A stretch of 64,000 nt of DNA from contig NC_134030.1 in NCBI RefSeq assembly GCF_964204645.1, positions 15,066,110 to 15,130,109 on the forward strand. The letters run 5' to 3'. Below, piece after piece: positions 11,631 through 27,390 of this stretch (positions within the stretch are counted from its first letter, which is position 1; each line of letters opens with the position of its first letter). The stretch comes from Tubulanus polymorphus (taxonomy: Eukaryota > Animalia > Nemertea). A model generated the notes under the pieces. It searched no databases, was not told where the DNA came from, and saw only the letters and a list, made by a program, of their open reading frames with translations. A program made the translations under genes and the position numbers.

Positions 11631-14600
11631 TAACAGCGTAGGTATTGAACTAAATTTAGTGTAAATTAACAGAGCATTTTTAGGTCTAGTTTATGATTTC
11701 TATTTCTTATTTTACAAATATTGTCTTATTTTGATTGATGTTACTAAGGGGGCAGGGTGTCAGTCAGTTTTGGAGTGTCGGACTGTTTGTTTGTTTTAGA
11801 AATGTACTTGAAGTGTCAGCCAGTGTGTATTGTTTTGATAACGGCCTTCTGGTCTCTGCCACCCTTGATGTCTTATGTAATAGTATCATGGTTGAAAATT
11901 TGTTGAGATTCGAGTTTTAGCCTTTGAGCGGTTGGATGTCCAGCCTCGTCTCTCCGATATATCGAAGAAAATAAAGTGAAATTTACGGTTTGAAGTTTTA
12001 AGAACGTTCTCTCGTCGTTGGTTCTTGTTAGTCGATTTAAGGATTTTTAACGTAGTTACCCTGTGCTTGCGTTGCGGAAATCCCAGGGTGCTATAGTAGT
12101 ATATACGATTGAACTTTCGTGAAGTCTAGATTTTTTGACGCCTTATAAAACGTCACGATTTTGAAACCTAAACAGTATAAACCATTCTGCGTCATTTTAA
12201 CATATCACAACAGTTAATCGATGTGCAAAACGTCACAGGTCTATGTGTACACAAACAAGCTATTAACGACAACGACGCAGGCAAAATATTAACGACAACG
12301 ATGTAGAATGTCTTCCTGTGATTATATAATGAGCCCTATTTGAACTACGAAATATTATATTGCATTGAATATCCTGAGAAGACATATTGTAATAGTAATG
12401 GATGTATGATTATATCAGAAGCGGCAGGCATAAATAGAAATGCTAAGTAAATCGGATTTTTCGGTCAAAATGGCGGATGTATACACGATGCGGAAGTCTG
12501 ATATAATATTAATACCCTGACGGGGGATGCTGGTGGAATTTTATCGGCGGTTACAAGCGATCAATATATAAATTTGTGAGCATACAATTTCAATATTCAC
12601 ATGTTTTAGAAAATATGTTCGATATTAGGGGTATGCAGGTTTCATAAGAACGATCCCGATTAGCAATTTATAATAGAATAGCTGTCGTATACGGCGCAGC
12701 ATCCTCTGATGGCATGTTCAATCAGGTGAATATGTAACAAGCAGTTATGTAATATCCGTCGTAAAGTTTCCTTATCAAACCCAGTAATGTTTCATTCTGT
12801 TTTAAAATTTGTATTATTATTATTGTAAGCAGTACTTACTGCATAGTAAGCAGTACATTAGGTTTTTGGTCGTGTGTAGCTGTAGGCCTACACAAAGCAC
12901 AGACCCAAGAGGCATAAGTGAATGTCGGTCGCAAGTTAGTTTTGAAGGATTCGCAGTCGATAAGCTTGTATCCTACACAAATATGCCATCCGTTTACAAC
13001 ACCAGACTGATACATTTACAATTTCCCTCATTATATGAAAACTGAATGAAAATATCCCGACCTATAATTCGTGATACATTTAAATGTAGATAACCCATTA
13101 TTGACAATTTTCAATAAAAAATTAACCACTATTTACAGGCGAAGACCTATATCATCCACCCAATCGACAAATCTCATAATTCCCATAATTTTTTAAAAAT
13201 TGGCCTTATCAGCTGGTTATAGTGGTATACTTACTGTAGGCTTATTGGTGACCAAGTGCGTAAAACCAAAACAAACAAAAATAACAAACATTTCTATCAT
13301 GATTGGGAAGGGACTAGTCCGGCTACAGTCAGTATCTTTTATCTGAAGATGACATATGAAATAAATCTGTGTGGTTGGCTGTAATGTAGATCTTTTCTTT
13401 TGAAATCAATCAAAATTTGTCATGCCATCAATCACTAGCAGGAGCAACAGTTTGACCACATTGACCACAAGGCAACAACGCTGTGCTCTCTGATTCTTGA
13501 GGAATGTTAGACAGGAATCAGAATTAAAATTATGACTTAATTATACTACAAATCTTCACAAAACATTATCAGAAATCAATAAAGAACTTAAATTCACTCT
13601 AATTTGACCCTTCACTTGACACAGTCAGGCCTATGGTTTTATTTGACGCAGTATAAACAGAAATAGGGATACATAAAAGGTGCGATCTATTACGTACCAA
13701 ATTCATTATATATCTACAGTGGGTTTTTCATTAAACTGATAATCAATGAACAAATCGTTTCCTGCAGCAGGAAACTAAGTTTTTGTAAATCATTGACGAA
13801 AATTGTAATTAAAAGCCTTTTAATAGCATGGAGTTTCACAAAAATCATGATATTTACCTAATGACAAAACTTTCTCATTTCGATCAGGTGAGCTCGATGA
13901 TATCACTCTTTAAATAAGAAATTGAAGGAAAAGAATTGTTTATACCGAATTCACAATTACTAAAACTATCGAAAAGAGCAAGTTTAGATATGATACCGGT
14001 ATGAATTTAGTTACAGTTGTAGGTTTTTTTTAATTGATTTCTAAATGTAATTAAGGATTTATTGGAATTCATTGCGAACTTTTGGACATTCAGTTTTAAT
14101 CTTCAAATTTTTTTCGACTATTCAAAAGTCGGTCTAGAACCGTTTTGTGCAAAAAGGCCTATCAAAAGGGAAGGAATCTTTGTTGAAGATTTCAGAGAAC
14201 CTATTCATGTCTAGACGAATTAATTGTGTTGTATGATTATTGATATAAAGGTTTTATATTTTTTTCATTTCTGATAAAAGAAATAATTCGATCGGATGAG
14301 ATTCATTATTGCAGATGACGGTGTTATTGTTTTGATTTGTTTTGTTTACATCCAGGCTTCTATCATTCCAGCGGGTACGTGTTAGATCGCACCTACACAA
14401 ATGTTCCTTACTGTATGATCATCAAAACGTCTAGCCAGTTTAGCGGCAGCTGCCGACAGCCCCTGCCATCTGAGCCCCGAGCTGAGAGAAACATGCATCA
14501 TCATCTATAGCTAGTGTTCCTTTTAATCTTTCAACATGTAACATGTACATGTCATACATGTGATCTAACAGGTATCTAACAGGCCCATCGGAAGCATGCA

Positions 14601-15329
14601 TTGGTTTGGTAGGCCCAACCATCAATAATAGTTCAGGGAAATTGCCCACGTTCCTCTGGTAAAAGTGAAAAGAATCGTCGACTGGGGAACTACTTGGGCG
14701 GCCTATTTCTCTGCGTGTGAACCTCTGTGAAGTGTGTATAAGGAAGCCGCCGCTAGTGTTTCAAATGCACGCTGATTGGCTAAATAAAGAAATTTTATTG
14801 TATTGTTGTAATTGTATTTCATTTTCAATCGCATAAAGGATATAGTAAACAAATACATTAAAACATGTGAACAAAATAAGATTGAGATTGCCAGGGACCG
14901 GAAGAATCCAGAGACCATCGAGTCGGGTCCCGGTCTTTGACAAATAGTGGAAGTATATTGGCGAACTCATGAAGCCATACATGGACGAAAACTTGCGATG
15001 AGAATTTTTATTGAAAATTAGTGCAATACGTTTTGGATAAAAAGAAGATTTAAGAAGTGCTATTTGAGTAGAATTATGAATCAATAACTGGAGTTCACTT
15101 AAATTGAAATTCAAAGGAAGAAACACACAACCTATCAAGAATCTGATGTGGGATGCTTTTCTAGATTTTGGGATCAGAGATACTATGGAGTATACTCTCA
15201 TTTTAAGAGACAATAGACACATGAACGAGATGATTGATCGGTTTAAACATAAAGGCCGCTGTGAAAAAAAAAACTTATTTATATCAGTGAGGGTAAGAAA
15301 TCAGCCACGTTTAAACGGAGGGACAGTAA

Positions 15330-15700
15330 CGGTATGTGCAAGAAATGGGGCATTGGATAAAACGCGAATTTCTCTCTTTTGGAGCATAATTAATCGATGG
15401 AGTCGGATAGGGTAAGTTTGTGACCCATACGATTTTGCAATAAAGGAAATAAGGGAGTAAAAGGGAGCTGTATAGGGTAGGTAGAAAGCATCTCGTATGA
15501 CGTTTAGCAGGATGTAATTCAAAAGTTGAGACGTTAGTAATATCGTAAGACTAGTGAGAGGTCCGATAATTTAACCTAGACTATCACTTTTAAGTGCCAC
15601 ACCCCTCGAATTATTAAAGTATCTATTGAAAAATATACTATTGTAACCATTCAATTTAAAAAGAGTATGATCAGCATTTCCGTCTGATGCCCACGTTTTG
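15330..15700 (-). pseudogene. CR1/L2-group LINE ORF2 fragment (region after the RT domain)
   Basis: TYPIRLHRLIMLQKREIRVLSNAPFLAHT resembles the corresponding region of the LINE at about 24230-24320; frameshifted. Confidence 0.65.
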
Positions 15701-15859
15701 ATAACCGCGTATGTTAGCCCCGGTGCCGATCTCTAGATTTTTGCGACTAGATTCAGACTGCTGCTGGTAAATGGCAGCCAGTGAACGGTATCATGAAACA
15801 TTGTCAGATAAAATTCCGTGCAAATAATGGGATTCGAAGCTAACTCAGTGAATCGATTG

Positions 15860-15990
15860 GTCCGGTGCCTTGTCCAACATCTGGTATCTCCGTTGGAAAA
15901 CTCGATTGCTATTTATAGTGAAATTGAAGAAATTCGACGTTTTTGGAAAATTCCGCGAATTCGTGATTCCGAGATATGACAACACCAATC
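15860..15990. repeat. Short dispersed repeat; second copy at about 25760-25890
   Basis: Shared ...ctatttatagt.aaa.tgaagaaatt...cgtttttggaaaattccgcga. Confidence 0.65.
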
Positions 15991-18658
15991 ATTTATCCAT
16001 TGACCAGAGATGAGGTTATGATTCGAATCCTCATCATCAAGACATCTAAAAAAGACATTTAAAATGAAGCCATCGTCTTGGTGTACTAGGAGCAAATTGT
16101 GTAAACAGGCTGATACATACTCTATATGTCATAAAATCTGGCCGTATATTTATTTGATAGGCAATGTCAGATTTTGGGTGGTATACTTTTTAGTACACCG
16201 GATCTAAGAGTTTCTGGCTTTATATGATTTCGAGCCAAAAGCATCATATTTGTGTTAAATATTCCATCGATCGTATATACCTTGTAACGTGTAGAGGACG
16301 ATTTTGGTCACAATTAAATTCATTCTTTATTGATACCATTAATATTTTACGGTAAAACATTTTTATAGCAATACGTAAACAATGGGGTTAATATAACAAA
16401 ACACAAACCACAGGAATAGATTACATTCTATGTGAGTTGCACGGAGAGCCTGCCGGCGTATAGTAGTGTCCTAGCTGTAGACTCAGCAGGCCGGCTGTTG
16501 AATGAGTCAATTCATAAGACTACAGCAGCCGCAAATAACCATCGTGATATTGAATTTAGCGCCAATTTACGACAAACAACGTGTAAATACAAGTATAATC
16601 ACTAGTGTGGTCTTCATCGTATGGAAAAGATCTTTTAAAAATAATAATTTTGGTAAATCTTTTTTCCTGCGTGGTATTTACGAATCAAATCTAGCTGCTG
16701 AGTGCGTAAGGGGTCGGTGGGTCGGTACGTCTCGCAAGTGCGCAGGAGGCTGGCAGGACATTTTAAAGGGAAACTTATCTTAGAATATAGCCGAACCAAT
16801 TAAGGGAGCGTCTAAAAATTTCGATAGTTACTTCAATATGAATAACTCGCGGAAGGGGGTTGGGGGATAGAGGCCTCCCGCCTATTCATCTCAACTGCCG
16901 AACTATCTATTTATTGCGGTGCAATTAAGATAACATTGAATTGAATTGTAGTTTCAAATATATTTATTACAAGCAGTAGATTTAACCGTCACTCTTTTAG
17001 ATGCTGTTGGTATTTTAGATATATTTTATTTTATTCATAAATTCTATTGGAGTTCAATATCTTTTTACACTTGTAATTTTGCTATTTTATTTTTAATTAT
17101 AATTTGTGATCACTTTTTTTGTGAAAAACACTCGTGAGAATGTCTAATGTTTGTCTGAGGTCTCTCATTAGAAAACCAATAGTTTTAACTTTAGCAAGTG
17201 TCTAATCAAAGGGTTAAAACGAATTAGACAGCTATTCTAATTGACGCAACTATTGATGTTTTGAGATGCTCCCTTATTTTCTCAGACCCGTCAATTCTGG
17301 TTTTGAAAGGGGAGATTTAAATTAGAACCTTCATATAATTCCGAATATTTGGGCCTTTGATTTTATTGAAAAACGCTTGAGTTTTGATTTGAATGAGTCA
17401 GGGTGGATGTTCTTGCTGTTCCTTGTATTATAATGAACATCAACGTTTTTTTGTTTTTACAAAATATCATAGTCTACTGATTATCGAGTGCTAGTGGTTT
17501 ACGTCTGAACGCACTTTGTAACTCGGCACGGGCCAAATTTGACTCGGGCAATTTGGTCCGGGCAAAATCTCTGTGTGATCGCGGCTAATGGGACTTTTGA
17601 TCAGCACCCACATAATGTCCGGTGTTTGAAAGTATAGGCCTACATTTGGCACTGCTGAACGAAAACACTATGTTGGTGCATTGTTTACAGAATTCGTTTG
17701 TAGCTATATACATTCCTTATTAAAATTGAAATAAATGTGACTGGTCGGCCAATCCATGCACAGGCGTCTCCGTTTGTACATAATAGGAGTCATGAAATAT
17801 ATCTAAATAGAGAAAATATGCCAAGATTTACGTTTCCTTTCGGCATCAAAATATTCTAAGGATCTAAATAGTTTGGCAAGATTAATTATGGGTCGATGAT
17901 TAGTAGGGAGAGCTTTATCACCAACATATTAGTAAATTAGGCACTTTTCATGCATAGGAGGATATTCACTCATAAAGTGACGTAATACATTGAATACTAA
18001 GTACATGTAGTCAGAGGTAGAAATAAGAGGCATTGATATGCACTAGTAAGCTAAGAATGTGATTGTAGAATATGGAGGTTGGCTTTTCATCGTAAGAGAC
18101 CCAGCAGTAACTGTATATCGATGTCATGCCGGAGAGTTAAGAATACTTGGGCCTACCTGTTTACACAGCATGCAACAGTCGTTTTCATTACAAGAACTCG
18201 TAAACATTTCTGTAAGAAAAGAAACAAAAAATCAGCTTAAATCTCTTCCCAGAAAAATTTTGACATGGCAACCACTGTTAAATTAGACAATATTTTAGTA
18301 ATGTAGAACTGTACTCAAAATAGACTCCTTCCAGTTTAACTATAATGCGTACTATCTTTCATGTCAAATACCTGTCATTCGTTTCAAAAACTTCCAGAAA
18401 TAACAGGCATCCAGGTTCAAGTATTGTTTTATTATAGGCAGGCCTATATTGAAAGAGATGAAGTGGTCTAGTGATGATAAATAGATGCTTGTCATTTGAT
18501 TTGCAAGCAGATGCAAATAGACGATAACCGGATTGCTGTCCTGCGGCATGCATTTTGAGATATACGGAATTATTTTACAAAATGAAATTATAACGGTGTC
18601 GGAATTTGAAATGATCTAGTGACCGGCAGCACTGCAAAAATGAAATAAGAGGATTTTA

Positions 18659-19420
18659 TATTATTATTATTAGTTTATCATATAAAAATAAAATATAAAT
18701 GTTTTTTTATGATATGACACAATTACATGATAATGTATGGCGGGTAAATAATTCAAGTATATAAATGCATTGAATAAATAATAACTCAAGTATATAAATA
18801 CATTGAATACATGATATATACCAAAGGCGATTGAAAGCCTTTCCACATTATTTCCAGATTTATGACATACATGGCATATATCTATGTGGTCACACTGTAC
18901 ATAGTTAGATTACCCATTTAATAGTTGAAGCCGAATGTTAAAGGCTTTCCTAAGAAAAGTGGAAAGTTTATATAATTTACTACTGCTGGAAATTAGGTGG
19001 ATGAATTTTTCTTTGTTCGGATTTGTCCAGTAAGATCTCGATATATAACTTAGTCTTAAACCATAGTATGCAGGACATATTTAAGCAAAATGGTACTCGT
19101 CCTCGATTTCATTCAGATTACAACATTTGCAAATACGACTATTATAAGGTATCTTAGGTCTGGCCCAGCGTCCAGTTTCGACGAACAGATCATGACTAGA
19201 AAATCTAAACCTTGAAATCTTTGTGCGTACCTCCTTAGGTAAATCTAGATATGATTCATAGATTACTCCCTTCTTGAATTCACGAAAGCATTTGGCTTTA
19301 GATGAGTTTTGTAAAAAAGTATGCCATTGCTGTTTGGACTGATAGTGATCATATTTTACATGTAATTGAAGGTATTACTGTCATCTAATGTTGATAAGGT
19401 ATTAGAATCGCGAAATCTAA
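18659..19420 (-). mobile_element. LINE 3' fragment (RTEX/Proto2-like C-terminus) with (TAA)n tail
   Basis: Manual translation: ISRFRFSSHDLFVETGRWARPKIPYNSRICKCCNLNEIEDEYHFA*ICPAYYGLR; tattattattat at about 18659. Confidence 0.8.
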
Positions 19421-20380
19421 GTTGTTCAAAACCATCATGAAAATCAGAGGGGAAAATACACAATATCCGTGTATGATGAATAACGAGAGAAATCCCACAA
19501 TGAATTCAGCTAAAATTCAAAAGTTCTATATTGATATGATTACGTATATTACGAGCAACGTTTCGGCTGATGCTATTAGCCATCATCAGGCCCCCGTCAA
19601 CGTGAAAATATTGATACGTAAATTGAATCCATATCATGAGCATACTAATTATTGTACAAATGAAATTAGAAAATACGACAAATTAACAGTTCATTGATAC
19701 TAAAATAATGCTTAAAGTTATCGCACAGTTCATATCGCTCGCAAGCAGCTCGCAAGTTAAAGAGAGTTCATCGCACAATTAAAATGTATATCAAGCTCGA
19801 GTTTAAGATATTCCAAATTAAAAGTTCATTATTTCTAATATTTTATCGCATAGCATATAAATATACCACAAACCACAAGTAAAAAAAGAGTTATTTAGTT
19901 CGAATTAAAAGATAAATAAAAAGGTTCATTAATTTCATTTATTATATGAAATTATCTTAAGATTTATTTCAACAAAAGAGGTCAATGCACAGTTCAAATA
20001 TATTGCAGTTGTATTGTGGATGAATATATTTGGATAGATATCTTGCTTTCAAATGTTCTTGAAAAATCGCCAAGTGAGGATTTTACCATGGGGATTTTTA
20101 CCTACAACCAGATAAAATGCCCACAGGCTCTAAATCCAGTACTTTTATGGTGAAAGGATGAAATTAGGAATGTATTAGCAATATAATTTTTGGAAAGAGT
20201 ATTTTGTCTCCCGATGATTAGATTTACAGGCAAGACTCGTTGTTGGCCAAAGTTCTTAAATTGAATCGCTTTAAAGTAATAGATTTCTTTCAAGATGGCG
20301 GACTAACACGATCACGTATTCGTTTACGTCCCAACAAAATTACTTATCAAGGGTTTTGTCTGTCGATCATGAAAGGAATA

Positions 20381-21687
20381 ATGTCTTCACTGAATAGGAA
20401 GTGTTCGATAAAGTTTCCTCTTCAGGAGGTAAACGCGAAAATTTCTCACCAGGACGTTATAGATGCAATTAAAGACAGTATGGACGATGACGTGAGTAGT
20501 ATTATCTCGATTCAAATCACGACGCGATTTTGTATCATCACTGCAGTGGATGAAATAAGCAAAGATCTTCTAAAGCAATCCGGACTATTTTTTCGTGGGA
20601 ACAAAATCGTTCCGGAGGATGTTGATGTAAATTTCTTGTCAGTTAAAATAGTCGATGCACCGCATGAGATGCCCGATCAGACATCGTTAACTTTATTCGG
20701 AACTATTGTGATTACGTTGAGGGATCGATCAATAAAGGTGTGATTAAGAACTCGCAAATATTTACTGGGACAAGATATTTGAAGTTAAAACAAGTTACAA
20801 AAGTAATTCCAAATTTCACGCAAATCGATGGATTCCGTATAAGAGTATACTGCGAGGGCATAGGGTGTCAGCATTGCCTTGGTGATCACCGCTCGGCTGA
20901 TAGCACGTCGCGATTAAAATGCTTCAAATGTGGCGCCTCAAATCACAAAGCCCGTGATTGTACCATGAATCAACCGAACGATACAACAACCATCGAAGCG
21001 AGTGATTATTGTGAGAATCTGCCAAACGATCAGACCAATACTACTACTAACAAAGTATTAGTAATTGGTGACTCCAACCTCCGTGACGTCGAGTTCCCAT
21101 TGTTGTTTGTCAACCGGGTGCTAGCAGTGAAAAGATCTCGTCACTTCTGAATAAAGCGGAGAAACAGATACTAGATCGATCGATGATTACTGACGTTATT
21201 CTACATCTCGGTACAAATGACATCAGTAACAACAAGAACGACAGCGACTCCGTAGTTATGAACCTGTCATTAGCTATGGCCAAAACAACAGAACAATTCA
21301 ATGATGCACAGATCCATTTTTCGAGTATTATCCCAAGAAAAGGGAACTCCAACAACGTGAAGGAATTCAACAGCCTTGCGATAGGAGTGAATAACCATAT
21401 AAAAAAACTGTGTTGAACAAAAAATCACGTTTATCGATAACGACCCTGTTTTGAAACTTAAACCGTCCGGTAAAGCTTTGGAGCACTTTTATTTGCCCAC
21501 CGACAAAAGTGGCATTCACCTCAGTCAAACCGGTAAGCTAGTGTTGCTTAAAAACTTTTGCGAGGTAATAGATGGCGTTTCCGGTGATTCTTTCTGCACA
21601 CCGATTTCCGCAAAACGCAAGCTGTCCCTATCCGAAACACCACCTTCAATAGAGAATAATAGGAAAAAGCAATATGTTGAACATTGA
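20381..21687 (+). pseudogene. LINE ORF1: RRM-like region + CCHC knuckles + SGNH esterase
   Basis: CQHCLGDH and CFKCGASNHKARDC knuckles; SGNH blocks VLVIGDSN, ILHLGTND and SGIHL. Confidence 0.8.
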
Positions 21688-21714
21688 TTGTGATCCTTGC
21701 AATTCTGTACGAAC

Positions 21715-24654
21715 ATGACTAAATCCGATTCTGATATACCCAGTGCAAACAACAGTTGTTTGTATCTTAATGTATCTTAATGTTGATGAGGATTTTCCTC
21801 TTGAACGGGGAAAGCTATTTCACATAATATCAGAAGCCTGAACAAAAATTTTGACTGTTTTACCGACTTTCTGACTTGCAGTAACGGCCAATTTTCGGTC
21901 ATTGGTTTGAACGAAACTTGGACAAATTCTAATAATTCTAACTCCAATTTATATCGAATTAATGGCTACTCGAGTATTTTCAAGTCTCGCGCCAATGGTC
22001 AACATGGCGGTGGCGTAGCTTTATTTCTTATAGAGAATTTATATTTCAAAGTTCGGACGGACTTGTCATCTAAGTATCTAACCTTTGAATCTTTATTCAT
22101 CGAAATTGTTTCAGAAAAAAATCTAATATTATTATTGGAGTTATATACAGACCTCCAGGAGGAAAATTACCTACGTTTCAAGATGAATTCGAAGTCTTAA
22201 TGGCTGAAATCACTCGCGAGAACAAACTTTGCTATTTAATGGGGGATTTTAGTATTGATCTCATTAAATATGATATGCACAAACATACAGAAATTATTCA
22301 CGAAACATTATTCCTTTTCACCTTTGATTGACAAGCCTACGCGAGTGACTTGTGACTCTACTTCTTTAATTGATAATATATTTTGTAACGATTTGAGAAA
22401 CATTCATAAATCTGGGAATTTTATCTCCGACCTTTCGGATCATTATCCAATATTTACTATTTGTAGTGGTGAAGAGCCTCTGTCTGATAAACGACCTTAT
22501 AAAACTAGAATCTTTTCGCAGCGTGATATTTCTAAATTTCAAAGGTTATTAATCAATATTAGCTGGAGTGAAGTTTATTCATCCGATAATCCTTGTTCCG
22601 CTTACTCTGCCTTTATTGAAAAAGTTTCTACTGTTTTTAATCAAGTTTTTCCTTTGGTATCTGTTAATCCAACCGATCCATCATTTCACAAACCTTGAAT
22701 AACTCCTGGTATAGTCACAGCAATTAAAACAAAAATAGGCTCTATAGGAAACTAGTTCGAACTCGTTCTGATAAAATAAAAACCAAGTATAATTCTTACA
22801 AAAATCTCATTTCAATTATTTTTCTTATTAACAAAGCTGAATATGATTATTATTCTGAAAGTTACTTGCTGCTGGAAATGATATGAAGAAAAAGTGGAAC
22901 ATGTTGAACACAATTTTAGGGAGAAACACTCATTCAAAACTACCAAACTATTTTACCTCCGATCAACGCATTCTTTCTGGTGATATAAATATTGCCAACG
23001 AGTTCCACAACTTTTTTTGTAAATATTGGTGAAAAGCTTGCTAGTCAAATCCCCGATACAGGGCAATCTTTTCATCAATATATGAATAATCGTGTCAATG
23101 AAAATATCTTTTTTCTCCCCACCTCACCCAATGAAATAAGTGATGTTTTTTCGGGTTTCCCCTCAAAAAAGAGTGCCGGTGTTAATGCTTTTAGTATTTG
23201 TATCATTAAACAAATAATTTAAACCGTTAAGTTCCCTCTATCCCACATCTTTAACCGTAGTCTTCAGACGGGAATAGTCCCCAACGATCTCAAAATTGCT
23301 AAAGTTTGTCCTTTGTTTAAATCAGGAGCCCCTAATTCTTTTGATAATTACCGCCCGATTTCTTTGCTTCCCAGCTTCCCAAAAATTCTGGAAAAATTGG
23401 TTTACAACAGATTAGTTTCATTTTGTAACAAACAGGATATTGTAATCCCCAACCAGTTTGGTTTTCGTCCTAAGCATTCAACTGCTTTGGCACAAACCAA
23501 TGTCGTTGACAATCTTAATGAAGCCCTAGAAAAGAAAGTTATTACTATAGGATTATTTTTGGACCTTTCGAAGGCATTCGATACTGTAAACCATACAATT
23601 TTTCTAAAGAAACTCGAGTTTTATGGCATCCGGGGGTTTGTCATGATTGGTTCAAAAGTTATTTGACTGATAGGAGTCAAGTAGTTAGTTTTAATAATAC
23701 TATATCGTCCCCATTAAAGGTATCAATTGGTGTACTGCAGGGTTCCATTTTAGGCCCTTTACTCTTTATTTTATACATAAACGATTGCGTTAATGCATCC
23801 AAGTTACTCCAATTTATTCTTTTTGCCGATGATACCAATTGTTTTTATAGCCATACAAATATTAATGAATTGGTTTCTACAGTAAATTCAGAACTAGTAA
23901 AACTTGGTATCTGGTTTCAAGTGAACAAACTTTCATTAAACATTAAGAAATGTCACTTCATGATTTTTGGTAATGCAAATCACTTCAATTTTCCAATTTG
24001 TTTAAATGGTGAATTAATCAAACATGTTCTCAGTACAAATTTCTCAGGTCTTTTCATAGATGATAGATTAAATTGGGATGTCCATATCAAAAATATTTGT
24101 TGTAAGGTTTCACGCTCCATTGGAATTCTGAATAGATTTAAAAAACATTTCCCATCACATCTACTTATTACCCTTTATTATAGTTTTGTTTATCCTCATT
24201 TACAATATTGTAATCTAATCTGGGGTAGTAACTATGCAAATAAGCTTAATGCACTCTTTTTATTACAAAAAGGGCAATAAGAATAATTAATAAGTCCCAT
24301 TATCTTGAACACACTGATCCTATCTTCACGAAATTAAAAATTCTAAAATTGAAACACATTACTAAATTTCAACCCAGTGTATTCATGTTCAAATTCAATA
24401 ACTTACAATTGCCAAATTCTTTCAACCATTATTATCAAAAGAATATAGATATGCACTCGCATTCAACTAGAAACAATAATTCTTTCCGTATTGCTAGATT
24501 CAGGACCAACAAAACTCAATTTTCTGTAAAAATCTCTGGTCCTGTTGCTTGGAACAATTTGCCAAAAAGTCTGAAAAATCTTTCGTGTATCCATATTTTC
24601 AAAAAAAACTTAAATTGTATCTCATTAATTTGTGAATCTGAATTTCCAAGTTAA
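21715..24654 (+). pseudogene. LINE ORF2 (APE + RT), fragmented
   Basis: [66 protein letters not shown]. Confidence 0.9.
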
Positions 24655-24676
24655 TTTTAATGCTTTTTGTATCTGT

Positions 24677-25408
<732 letters not shown>

Positions 25409-27104
25409 TGTACATAATGTCCATAATGTCTATTTATTTTCGTATGACATCGATCCAGTTCCACAGTTGTGAGTTAACTCTGAGTTACTTAGAATCAATT
25501 CATTTCCAATGTTTTAAATCCAGAGACCAGAGTCAAATCTTAACTCGGAATTGAGTCCTGGAGAATGACCCATGGTGTCATCAAAAATCCTTACGTACCA
25601 TCGATTTGTATTCCTTCAGTTAATGCAGCGATACTCTGTATCACTGAATTCGCAAAGCGCGTATTGCCTAGGTTCTACATTATTTGGAACAGTATCGTTA
25701 AGTTGTTGACTGGCGATATAAAAAATTATCAAATACTAATTCCCGTGGTTGAAAACCTGGGTCCGATGCCCTGTCCGACAGTGGGTATCCCCGTGGGAAA
25801 ACCCGTTTACTATTTATAGTTAAAATGAAGAAATTCCGCGTTTTTGGAAAATTCCGCGATTCCGTCTTTCCGCGATATGACCACACCGTTAAAACGTCCC
25901 ATACTTGTATATTTTTGTATATCCTCATGGTATGTTGTAATTTATTGTGGAAATAAAATTATTATTTTTATTATTATAATAAATATTGATGAAGCAATAA
26001 TCATAAATTTTGAAGTGAGTTATTTTGTAATATTCAAATTTAAGTGCACACCGATGCATGCTAAATTCTTTTTAATGCTAATTTTTTTCATGCTAATTCA
26101 TTTATAGATTTAATTCATACTTTACATTCATTACTTCCGACAGTATATACGTTGCGTACTAATTGTACACAATTTCGGGTCTGGGTTTGGGTTCTTTTTG
26201 AAAAAAACAGATTCCCAGAAAATTGTAATTTTTGGGTTCTTGAAAATGGTCAATATGTTATAGCAGGTTAATGTATAAAACCGCATAGATACGCTACAAT
26301 AAACAAAATGTATCCAGGAAATTATATATTTCAGAACACGGTCGATTCACTGAATTTAGCCTCATCATGTAGGATGAAATGAACTTCTGTTGTTATTGCG
26401 ATTCTGCTGTCGTTAACCGTCGCATAGCTTATTAGACTCGCTATGTAAAGTAACAAAACAATGGTCACATGTGTAAATGAACTTATCGCTATTCGAAGTA
26501 ATGGGCGTATTGTGAAAGGTGTTTCTCAAGCACTTCTAATTTCCGATTCGCCAAATTTGCATTCGAAATACTAAGCCAATCTATTCTCATTTATACCTGG
26601 TCTTGTCATAAGCAATTCAAGCGTTTAGTTTGTACTTGAAAATAAAATGAAATAGATTGATTGATGAAATACAAAACAAGTCAAACAAACTCAACTCACT
26701 GACTACTGCTATGATACATTTTCATTAGCTCATATATTGAACCAGATTTGTATTCTTAGTCCGAGTTATTCGTATTTGATGAAAGAACATATTCTAGTTA
26801 CTGAAATTGGCTCGAACATAGATTATTGTCTAAGTTAACTAACATGCCAAAGGATGTGTACGTGGGGCACTCTGATTGGCTAGAATCCTTGCATTCGATA
26901 GAAACTGACGGCATCAGTGAACTAACGGAGAAATTAGAATTGTATGTTTGACCACGGATTCTTAAAAAAAAATACAACATGAATGTCAATACAACACACT
27001 ATCAATACAATATCAGGAGAATACCAGAAGGAAATTATGTCGTATTTTGGATAGGTGATAGGTGATAGCCAAGGCTAATATATATCCAAAATTACACTAC
27101 ACAG

Positions 27105-27390
27105 TTAATATGCGGCAAAAATAATACAGCATTGTAATTCAAAATATTTGAGGCCTGTTCGTATAAATAAGGCAAGCTTTTGGAGTTTTACATCTGATGA
27201 TATAAATAAGTCAACAAATTTATGTAATTGTGGATTATCTACAAAGTACGAGCTAAAAAGGTTTCGGCGGAAATTGGCAAAAAACGGACGATGGTTTGAG
27301 TCCATGGTTTTGGCTCTGTTTTTATCGTGAGTGTGGAGAACGTACATGAGAACAATGGTGGGGATTCGAATAACGTGCATCTTTTATTCA
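27105..27390 (-). pseudogene. LINE ORF2 extreme C-terminal fragment
   Basis: ...PQLHKFVDLF...KLQKLALFIRTGLKYF resembles the NLAKFIKTGLDVY end of ORF2 at 2048. Confidence 0.55.

Larger units (their letters stand above)
20290..24660 (+). mobile_element. Decayed full-length CR1/L2-group (Crack-like) LINE
   Basis: Starts with caagatggcg; collinear ORF1 and ORF2 fragments with many stops and frameshifts. Confidence 0.88.

Noticed and set aside
14356-14660. Plus-strand exon after tttacatccag
   Set aside because: All frames stop within about 50 codons and no motif or partner exon was recognised.
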